The notes under the pieces were generated by a model that worked only from the letters and a program-made list of their open reading frames with translations, was not told where the DNA came from and made no database searches. Below are positions 1-10,149 of a stretch of DNA of 42,297 nucleotides, piece by piece. Every line of letters starts with the position of its first letter. Within the stretch, counting starts at the first letter, position 1. The DNA is taken from contig MU058366.1 of assembly GCA_013265495.1 (NCBI GenBank), forward strand, positions 276,837-319,133. The letters are read 5' to 3'. The stretch is from Vicugna vicugna. Lineage: Eukaryota. A program made the translations under genes and the position numbers.

Positions 1-435
1 TATCCCCACATCCCCCCTCCGCCCCCAAGTGGGCGGGGTGAGTGAAGGCAGCTCTGGCGGGGATCTGGGGCTGCTCACCTGGCTTGCTCAGGCTTGCCCA
101 CGCCCTGGCCCCTGGGCTGGGCGCTACTGCTACCTATGCAGGGATCTGAGGTGGGCCCCAGCCTGGGAGGGATCCTGGGCGTGGCGCCCACCTGCGAGCT
201 TAAGGCTGATGCACCCGCCACGTCTCAAGTCCTCTGAGTAGCAGCTGCACTAAACCCACGTCTGTCACGTCCAATCCCCACACAGCCCAGTGGGCCCAAG
301 AGAGACTGGATCCCCTGCACCAACGTCGGCTGGAGGGGTGGGGCTGGGTGAGGGCGGGGGTCCAGCGGGGACATTCTTACTGTGCTAAAAATCCACTGCA
401 AACATAGCAATAAAAACATGCTGTTTTCCAAAGCT
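1..435 (+). other. Probable terminal 3'UTR of an upstream plus-strand gene, with poly(A) signal
   Basis: GC-rich, repeat-free sequence leads to AATAAA at 409-414, followed by T/GT-rich sequence (ctgttttcc...cttgtattgtggggt). Gene not identifiable. Confidence 0.55.
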
Positions 436-3400
436 GGCTTCTGTCCCTCTGCTTGTATTGTGGGGTGAGGGTTGGGGGGAGAGATGGGCAGGGACTGAGG
501 CTCAGGGGAGGTGCAGGTGGAGGCCTCCCACCTCAAGCTGAGCTGCTTCTGGTCAAGTGTTTGTTCTGAGGGTCTCTGCGCCGGGCTCTGGAGATAGAGC
601 AGGGAAGGCAGCTGGCAGAAAGCCTTTTCCCCAGGGAGCTGACACACTTGGGGAGAGGGTAACAGTAGGCTAAAGACGGACATGCCGAGCTGGGAAGGGA
701 GATGAAGGGATTCAAGAGAAAACACAAGAAGGAGCTGTTAGCAAGTCAAAGCCACAGATTTCAGGAAGGACTGGATGTGGATGATGAAGATTGTTGTCAA
801 GGATGACCTCCAGGCTTTGGCATAACTGGGTGTTACTGAGATGAGGCCATCAAGGGAAAAACCAGGCCAGACAGGGTGCCAGATGACGAGCTCTGCTTTG
901 ACCTGCTAACGAGCTCCTCGTGTTTTCTGTATCTCTCTGGAATCTCTTCTTGGTCACTGTCATGTGCAGGCTGCCAGTCGTGCTGAGCGCCTGAGCCTGT
1001 GCTCTCCCTTGGGCTCTCTGACTCGCGCTGCTGCGTAGACACCTGTGTAGCCGATGCCACTGCTCCCAGCCACCTCCCTGCACACTCTCTGTTGCTAGTA
1101 GATGTAGATAGTTTTGTCCCGTCCCCAAAGGAATTCAAAGACGCAGAGGCTAGGAAAGTAAAGTGGGGACTTATTAAGGGATGGATAGGACACTCTCGAG
1201 GGGAGGGCAGGCAGGCTCATGTGAGCGGCTGCCCTGAGTTTCTCTGGCAGGTTGGTTACACAGGGTGTAAAAGTGAATGGCAGGATATTCATTGGGGAGG
1301 GAGGGGTTTGGGGTCCTATTCCGGGATTTCCATCCCAGCTCCACCTTCCTGAGGGGAGGAGGGATTTGTGTCCGTATTTAGTCTGGATGGAAGTGTCATG
1401 GCCTCGCTGCATTATGGGCACTTCTGATCTACAAGGCTAATTTTGTTCAAATGAGGGCATAATGAGTAAAAGGTTACATTCGGACACTGGGGATTTCTAC
1501 CCTTTCCCACCTTTCTTTGTCAGCCTCCAGGCCACTCATCACCCTAAAATGTATGACCACTTATGAGCCCAGAGGTTCCTGCTTTTCTCTGCCCAGGGAC
1601 CCCTGGTGCTTATGTGATGTGTGATTTCCTGCATTTGGCCGGTGCCCCTCTTTTCTGCCCAATTCCTGCCATTTGGCCTGCGTCCCCCTTTCTCTGCTCA
1701 TATCTAGCTATCTGCCTGCTCTAACACCTCCACTGTCTGCCTCCATCCAGTCTGTGCACAGGGTGGGCTGGAAGAGCAAGGGAGGTCACATCCCAGGACA
1801 TAGCACTGTGTCGATGCAACCAAGAGTCACTGAACAAATGCCTCCTTTTCTTCTTTCAAGGGACATTTCTGAGGTGCAGGTAACTGGTGAATGAATGAAA
1901 TGAAATAGGAGTGGATGGATGAGCACTGGCCTCCTAGGCTGTTGTTACACATCTCAGTGAAGCATTGGGTGGGGGAGGGCTTTGTGAAGGGATACATCCA
2001 CACTTATGCTACGTATCCCTGCGTCACATGAATCGCTTGTAATGAGAAGGTATTTATTAGGCACACAATAAAATCAAAATGAAAATATTAGAGGAAAATT
2101 TAGATGAATTTTATCTGAATTTTTCATGGGGAGAGACTTCTAAGCCTGCTAACTATGGCATATTTATAAGCAATAACATTTATTGAGTGATTACCATGTT
2201 CCCATCACTGTTTGAAGCAATTACCATGAATGAGCTCATTTCATCCTGAAATATACCAGCATTTTTATTGTTGTTATCTTTAGCAGTGAGATGATGTGAC
2301 TTATTTTTATTTCCTTTTCCAAATCTGCCCATACTTTTTCTATTTGTGACAGTAAGCATGGATTGCATTTCTAAGCAGAAAAAAATTAAGAAACTTATTC
2401 AGAAATGGTTCAGAAAAACTTCTAATTAGTTCCCAAGTGAACTAATTTGCTGAAGTTTTAATTATCCTGTTTAATTCATTGGAGGCCAATCTTTCCTTTG
2501 AAAGTGTTTCTAATTGGCACCCTTCCTTGATGCAATTAGGAGTACCTTGATGAGGTCCCTAAGGTCCCTGAGCCTCGGGGCCCAGGCATCATGAGGGCCG
2601 GTGCAGAAGAGCCCTGCCTGGCTTTGTGACTTTGAGCTGCTTCCAAAAAAGCAAACCTTTCTCAATTCCACACATACTGCTCATTCTACCTGGAGAGTTA
2701 TTCCCCGAGAGGACAGCTGCTTATTAGCTTCATCAGCATTTCATCAGCGTCACACAAGGGAATAGCTTGATTTTCTACCCTGCCAGGTACTCACGTATAC
2801 GTGTACACATGTGTGGAAACACAAAATACACACACACGCACACGCACATGCACACACAGAGCTGGATGCTCACAGGGTGGTCAGCGCATCACAGCCCCTC
2901 CTCTCCACAGCACTAGTCCTACCCTGAACACTTCTGGCTGCGTATTGGTCAAAGCCTTTGCATTTCTGAATCAGAGAAGACTTGTTTGGAATATAGTAAA
3001 TGGATTTAAAACGCATTAGGCATAATCTGTAACGATTAAGGTGAAGAGGTGACGGGACCAAGGCATATAAATTCGAGGAAGTTGATGGCTAAATACATCA
3101 ACAAGACTCTCTTTGCCAGATACTCAACATCTTTTTTGAAATCCTGAGCTTCAAGTTGATATAGACGCCTAAACCTAAATGTCCTGAAGGATCCGGAATG
3201 CAGCCAGCTCCCAGCTGACCTCACTGTGTCTCCCCACTTCCCAGATGCTTCCCTCTTCCTCGCACTCCCATAGCCTCCCACTGTCTCCTCTAACCTCCAC
3301 ATCCCCAGTCCCCCTAAATATGTCCCAGTCACTCTCCCTAGGCTACCTCAGGCCAGGTTGGCATCATCTCTTAAGTCACAGATTCTTGTACCCTTTCCCT

Positions 3401-5158
3401 CTGGGAACACCCCCCCACTGGGGAAGTCAGTGGGTTATCATCACTTCACCTCTGATGACCCTGCTGACCGCTACCGGGACCCTGGGCACCAGGTCAGATG
3501 CATACCCTGTCCCACCAGGCCCAGGAGAAGGTCTCCCTTCTTCCTGGGGCCCCCTGTGCTGCCAGATCCCCCACCCCATTGCCTGGGAGTGATGGGACTC
3601 CCTGTCTGAACCCTTCGCCCACCCTCAGGCTGTACTTGTCCGGGCACATGCGTGTGTGTGTGTGCATGTGCAGGGACACCTGGGTTGGTGCTGTCACTCC
3701 TTCCTGTCACAGACAGCAAGGCCCAGTGGACAGGAACCCACAGCTATACTCCTGTCAGCGATGTTCCCTTGTCTTACGTGCGAACTGGACCAGGGCAGTA
3801 GTTGCAAAGGGGTCATGGGCTAGAAGGCATTTGGGCTGTGCCTGAAGGGCCAGTGAAGGCTGGATAAGCGTTAGAGGTGCAGGAGGGCACTCCGAGCAAG
3901 GGGCCTGCCTGGGCTGAGGAGACCTATCAGTACCTTTGGTTTTCAGAAGTCTTTACTGTGGAAACCCCAGCGCTACACACCTGCCCCTCACCCGGCTTCA
4001 ACACATGTCAACATTTCACTAGTTTATTTTGAAAGTAGGGAAGGACTTAAGGGTGAGAGCAGTGAGAGCTATATTTCTTTTTTCTTTTGTTTTGTTTGTT
4101 TTGTAGGGTTTTAATTAACTCAAAATAAGACACATACATGAATAAGATGATTCAAGACCACAACTTGTCTCACAAACTTTCAAGCCTTTTTTTTTTTAAG
4201 TTCTCCTTATGCTGAGATTCCCTCTGAATCTCCCCTGAGGACCGAATGTGAATGCAACTTTGATTTAGTCTCTTTGCCTGAGTTTGTTTTTAACAGAGAG
4301 GTGTATTTCTTAAAGTGATAAAAGAAGAGGCACCACCTAAGCATGTACAAATAAAGGGGGGCCCATGTGGTGTTCCCCTCCCACCCTTCCAGGGTGCAAG
4401 CTTTTCTAGGACCCAGTCCTTGCTGCCACTGATTCCACCCCCTGCATACTGGACGAGGCACGCTTTTGAGGTGTTGTCCTGTGTGATCCTCACCACAGTC
4501 CCAGGAGGTGTGGAAGAGGATTGCCCCATTTGCGGACAACCTGGGCCTATCTTTCCACACAGCATCGTCAGCACTGGACTGTGACCAGGAATTTGCTGGT
4601 CTGTAAGCTCCCGGGCACAGCCTCTAGTGGATTCTTCCCTGCTGTCACCATCTTCTCTCAGTGACTTGCTATGGCCTTGGCACTAGGAAAAATTATCCAT
4701 GTCGTCATCCTCCAGGATCTACCACTCCAGTGGAGGAGGGCCCCTGCGGTGGCTCTGAGGGCTTCTTTGTGGTAGAAGACATGGTCGTTACCCAGGGATG
4801 ATGAGGGAGGTGGGAGGGCAGGCAAAGCTGGAAATCACTGGTGCTTATGGAATTTTTCCGTATGTCCAGGGGAGCACTTTGGGGGCTTAAACTATAAGGA
4901 AGTGTATTGCTGACCAAACACGAGGTCCAGAGGGAGGTGGTCACAGTGTTGGTCTCACTGTTCAAGGAAGGCTCATCAAGGACCCAGACCCCTACATCCC
5001 TGACCCTTTGAGCAGTGTGTGCCTGCTCCTAGGACTGGTGGTGGAATGACTCCGTCCTTCCTACGAAAGAATAGCTCAGAACTATTGTACTAACATAAGT
5101 TGCTTTACTGTAGTCTTTTTAATAAGGTGCCTAATTTCCCCAGCCTAATTTGTGAGTG

Positions 5159-5244
5159 TCTTGAGGGCAGGGACTGTGTCTTATGCTGTTTTACATCCAC
5201 ATCTTGAGGGCAGGGACTGTGTCTTACGCTGTTTTACATCCACA
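5159..5244. repeat. 43-bp direct tandem duplication (2 copies) inside an L2-like remnant
   Basis: tcttgagggcagggactgtgtcttaYgctgttttacatccaca at 5159-5201 and 5202-5244, one mismatch. The gagggcagggactgtgtct motif is typical of L2 3' ends. Confidence 0.9.
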
Positions 5245-6189
5245 GTGCTTGGTTCATGCGAGGAGCTCGTTCATCCATTCATTCAAGAATGCTGCTGAGT
5301 ACTGTGAAGCAAAGAGATGCAGGGGTGGGAGTGAGGTCAGCAAACATTTTCTTGAGATCAATATACCTGACCTGAGTCCCTGAGTCACAGAGGCCTCAGC
5401 TCAGTGGGATATTGAACCCTTTCATTCCTTGAGCAACTGAAGTCTGAAGCTTATGGAACACCTGTTACGGGCCAGGGGCTGGGGTGACAGAGGTTAATCA
5501 TAGTTCTTGCCTTCAAGGAGCCTCTACCCCAGTCGGGGAGATAGGTGAGGAGTAAGCATGAAGGGCCACACAGGGAGGGCGCCTTCCCCAAGCTGCCAGG
5601 AGCAAGTGGCCCTTTAACAGATCGGGGGATGCAGAGGAGTCAGCAGTCCAGCCTGAGGCCGGAAGTGGGGCAGGTCCTGAGATGCCTTAGTGAGGACAGT
5701 GAGCAGGAGGAGGGTGGAGTGAATTGCAACTCCCGGCCGCTGCTGCTTCAGTTTGTATCCTTGTGTCTCAAGTGATCTCTAGGCCATTTCCTGGTGATGT
5801 GGGATTCAGTTTCTGGGCTGACTCTGCCTTTTCACCCCTTCACTTCAGCTCGTTTTGACTTGGGAGCTAGTTCCTTGTACTTCTAGCCCTGCTAGCTTTT
5901 TGGCCAGACAAGTGGCTGCTTTAATGTCCTGTTCAGGCCATATCTTCCTGTCAGTGTCTGTGTCTCCAACAGTGCCCCAGGTGATGGATACAATTGTCCA
6001 TGAAGGGACAGTGAAACATTCACAGACACCCTAGAGCTGCCCCATCTTGGAAAGCACTGGGATTCGGTCCCTCTCTCTGAGCACAGAAAAGGTGGGCAGT
6101 GTGGTGATGCGCTGAGCTCTGGGAAGTGGGCCAGGCTAGTTGTGGTGGAGCCCACCTCCCCTTCACCTCGTCCTGGACTGCCGCCTCAT

Positions 6190-7125
6190 TCAGTTGTGGC
6201 TCTCGAGGAGTCTCTTGAGGGCACCCTTGACTTCCTTGTTCCTCAGACTGTAGATCACAGGGTAGAGCATGGGAGTGACATTGGTGTAGATCAAGGAGAT
6301 GATTTTGTCCTGGTCCGGGCTGTAGCATGACTTGGGGCGAATGTAGATGAATATCGCGCAGCCGTAGTGCAGAAGAGAGACCAGCAGGTGCCCAGCACAG
6401 GTGGAGAAGGCTTTGCTCCTGCCTTCGGCTGAGTGGATTCTGAGGACAGCAGCAGTGACGAAGCCGTAGGAGAGCAGGATCAGGAAGAAGGGAATCAACA
6501 GGATCAGTGTGCAGACCAGGAAGATGGCAATCTCGTTGGCTCGGGTGTCCGAGCAGGCCAGAAAAAGCACCGCAGGAATGTCACAAAAGAAATGATTGAC
6601 CTCATGGGACTGACAAAAGGGGAAGAGGAATATCAGTGTAGTCAGGGCGAGGGACAGTGCAAAGCCACTGACACATGCAAGGGCCAGCATCTGCAGACAG
6701 AGGGTCCTGGTGACCGTGAGCGGGTAGCGCAGGGGCCTGCAGATGGCCACAAAGCGGTCGTAGGCCATCGCGGCCAGGAGGAAACACTCCGCACCGCCCA
6801 GGGCGATGAAGAGATGCATCTGCAAGGCACAGCCCAGGAAGGGCATCTGCTGGCTCCGGGACAGGAAGTTGGCCGGCATGTTGGGGACGATGACCAATAT
6901 ATAGCAAATTTCAATGGCAGACAGGTTGCGGAGGAAGAAATACATGGGGGTCTGAAGGGAGGAGTTAGTGCAGGTGATGAGCACAATGGTGGTGTGCCCA
7001 GCTAAGGTGACAAGATGCATAATCAGAAAGAGTCCGAAAAAGAAGATTTGTAGTTCAGCCAGGTCCCCAAAGCCCAAGATGATAAAGTCAGAGCTCAAGG
7101 TGTGGTTTTTCTGCAGTGGGGCCAT
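6190..7125 (-). CDS. Class II olfactory receptor, family 10, OR10AC1-like; 311 aa, intact single coding exon
   Basis: ATG at 7125-7123 (MAPLQKNHT..., N-glycosylation sequon NHT), TGA at 6192-6190. OR motifs: QTPMYFFL, MAYDRFVAIC, HFFCD, KAFSTC.HL, IYSLRN. FIALGGAECFLLAAMAYDR, LHYGCA and YTNVTP resemble human OR10AC1 as recalled. The ORF-track extension to 7245 is probably untranslated. Confidence 0.93.
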   Translation of the reverse strand: MAPLQKNHTLSSDFIILGFGDLAELQIFFFGLFLIMHLVTLAGHTTIVLITCTNSSLQTPMYFFLRNLSAIEICYILVIVPNMPANFLSRSQQMPFLGCALQMHLFIALGGAECFLLAAMAYDRFVAICRPLRYPLTVTRTLCLQMLALACVSGFALSLALTTLIFLFPFCQSHEVNHFFCDIPAVLFLACSDTRANEIAIFLVCTLILLIPFFLILLSYGFVTAAVLRIHSAEGRSKAFSTCAGHLLVSLLHYGCAIFIYIRPKSCYSPDQDKIISLIYTNVTPMLYPVIYSLRNKEVKGALKRLLESHN

Positions 7126-7446
7126 CCTAGAACTTCTGGGCTGGAGGAGGCCGCTTCCTGGCAAGTTCTGTGTGGCGGGAGACCGCGGGGCCCTTTCCAC
7201 ATGTGGGCTCAGCCACTGTCCTCGTTCTCTACGCCTTCTCTTCACGGAGGATGAAGAACTGCCGGCTGTGACGCTGACGCCACTCTAGTTCAGCTGTCGA
7301 GTTATTACAAAATGAACCTAGATGAGTGAAGTCTACGTACGAAGTTGTTTTGTTTTGAGGGGCATACAATTTTCTTCACATTTAAATTTCATCATTGAAA
7401 CGTTACAGTGTTTTCCTCCACCAATTTTATAAGCTCTTGGAGGGCA

Positions 7447-7781
7447 ATACATGTTATTTTTGAGGGACAAACCAAAGGTTAATTTCTCAAGGTTCTTGCC
7501 ATTTGCTTTGCTGTTTGCTTTAGCAGCATTTTATAGAGGATCTTTTATATACATTTGTAATTTTTTTTAATTACAAAAATTTTTTAATTAAAAAAAAGAT
7601 TTGCGATCTGGTTTGTTTTTCATCTAATTTTAAAGCAAATCATGTACCAAATATTTGGTCCAAATTGTGTAGGATAAGTTAAATTTAAATTGCATTCTGT
7701 TAACCAGTATGAGTGTATTTCTGTAAGTATAGTTACGTTGAAATAAAGTTTTAAAAAGCAATAAATAAATAACTAAATAAA
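7447..7781 (+). pseudogene. Probable retroposed mRNA 3'UTR fragment with poly(A) signal and decayed A-tail
   Basis: Abrupt AT-rich, UTR-like block; AATAAA at 7742-7747 followed by aaaaagcaataaataaataactaaataaa. Parent gene not recognised; no clear TSD. Confidence 0.5.
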
Positions 7782-9929
7782 TTTCAAACACTGAGCTCAA
7801 ATTTTTGAAAAAATAATCAATGGACAGCTTTAAGTGTTCATTGTGTTAAACACTGCACACTATATTCAACAGTTAGAAAAAAATCTCAGAAGCGGTACAA
7901 GTCTATACACCTTTATACATTTCATAAACATGCACAGGGACAAGCCCTGCAACTGGAGGGAAACCCCACGCAGGATCAAGAGGTCCTTGGCTGCTGACAG
8001 AGTCTCCCCTTGACTTCAGACTTGAGGCAAACCAAGGAGTCTGTCAGTGTACAATGACTACTGAACTCAGGACAAACAGTATCAGCAGGCTAGATATTAA
8101 GGGATTGGATTTTGTCAGTTGGGATCACGGCGGCCAGTCTGAAGCGAGCAGACCGGAAAGGCCACAACAGAAGCCCCCGATCTGTAGATCAAAAGAGAAT
8201 AGTTAGTGCTTTCCTCAAAAATTCCCCAGTTTTTCAAACCAGTTCCTAGGATGCTTTCCCCAAACAGCGTGAAGTTGTTTTCAAGGAACCCTAACAACAG
8301 CCCTTTGGTCTGCATTTTGAAGAGCGGTCTCGGGGTTGGGGTGGGAACTGAGCTCCCTGTCGCTTAGGTTTAAACACAGCCACTTTGACTTTGTGCCGGG
8401 GCTGTGTCGTGCCTCCCTTGCCACTCCCCAGCCCCAACACACACAGACTCCCAGGGTCCCTGCAGCCGAAGGGCTGTGGACACGAGGTCCAGAGAGGAAG
8501 GAGCATGAGCAGCAGGAGTTTCTGCCTTTCCTATTTCAGTAGCAGGGAGATCCCAGCTTATGTATCACCCCTTCTAGACACTTCTTCTGACCCTTGGGCT
8601 GAGTTAGTGATAAGTAATGCTGCTGGGGAGCCCAGAGTGCCGTGGGAAACTAAAGGAGTGACTGACTCAGTCCTGCAATCCACAGGGGCCGGCACCTACT
8701 AGTAGTACTGGTAAATACCTGTTGAACAAATGCCTGTTGCCATTTCTGCATCCTCTACAGTCCGTCCAGACTCAGACATTGAGTACGTGCCCAACATATA
8801 TGGTTGAATGAATGGTTAAGTGAGAGCAGGGTATCTGATGTGTTGGGGATGGCTGAGGTCTTGATCGTCCAGGGAGGGTGCACAGGGAGAAGAGCAGAAG
8901 GCAAAGAGGTGGGTGAGGTCACATGGTGGGGGCCGACAACACAGAACCAGAAGACAGCTGGGGTGGGAGTGAGAACTCTCAGGAAGACAGGGGGTTGAGT
9001 GCCTAGCAGGATGATGGCTTTAGCTGGTCTGTGTCCAGACTGTAGACATAAGACCAGGAACCTTCCTGGAGTCTGGGGGACATGTTTCCTTCTTCCTTCC
9101 CCTGGTACAACCCAGCTTACAAGTAGGAAACCTTATGTTTAGCCTTCGATTTCTTCCTGTGCTTCCCTCCCTCCCAGCAGAAGAAAGGAGAAGATTTCTA
9201 AAGATACTAGAGATCTAATAAATCTAGAATCAACATAAGTTAACGGTCTCGTAGAAATGGAACTCTCACCTAACAGACAGGGGTTCACTTAGGTGCCATT
9301 TCTCCTGGGGCCACTGAGACGCAGACTGGGTTCAGTCAACCTGAAAACCCCTTCTGCTGATAGAAGTTTGTGAGTCCAGTTTTCTAGCCACTTGCATGTT
9401 ACACTGAGTATTACTTTGGTTTTTACGGACCTGATGGGCACCTTGAGTCTTTGAGCCAGACGGGTCCCTGGAGGGCAGCTTGCCCACTCCTAAGTGCACA
9501 GCAGATAGTCATGAAGCCTTCTTCCCTGGATGACCCATGCCCTGCTCCCTACCCCACCAGCAGCCCTGCCCAGAAGTCACGGTGAGCCCTGCCCCCCTGC
9601 AGCCCCCCCCGCCGTGCCGCCACCTGCCCACTCTCGGGCCTGGTCCCTGATAGCTGTCTGAGTGAGAGTGCACACATCACTTCTACTCTTTTCCCCACAA
9701 ATGGGCAGGGATGAAGACATGTAGGGATTGCTTTGTTTTATTTGGTCCCTAAATCTTGAAAATACTGAAAACACAAAAGTGAAAGAAAAAGTCACCTATG
9801 ATTCAAACACTTAAAAGTGAGAAATGAAAGTCAACCTGCAAGTTCCTGCTTCAATCCTTCCCGCACTCTCTCAGAGAGAACATTCTTAGCAGTGAGGCTT
9901 ACTTCTTCCCTGCTTGTCCTGTGGGCGCG

Positions 9930-10149
9930 TGTGTGCTCACACATACGGACATCCACACAGACACCAACTCCCACAGCTTACACAAAAGCAAACCTACACA
10001 CACCTTACACACACAAACATAAACGTGATCACATGGGCACGCATAGACACACTCACATGTATAGACACACAATGCACATGTGCGTGCATGCATATGTTAA
10101 CACACATGCACACACACGTATACCTACACACATTCACACACTCACACAT
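9930..10149. repeat. Degenerate (CA)n-rich low-complexity tract
   Basis: Runs of cacaca/catgca/acacat throughout. Confidence 0.85.

Noticed and set aside
6433..7005. 190-aa acidic plus-strand ORF and other ORFs overlapping the OR
   Set aside because: Antisense or alternative-frame shadows of the GC-rich OR coding sequence.
7126..7245. 40-aa N-terminal extension of the OR in the ORF track (MKRRRRERG...)
   Set aside because: It starts at a non-ATG codon. The ATG at 7125 gives a canonical OR length with the sequon at residue 7 and is preceded by acceptor-like AGs.
8100..9800. OR promoter with O/E-like sites (e.g. tccctggag near 9465) and upstream non-coding exons
   Set aside because: Short motifs expected by chance; cannot be placed without transcript data.
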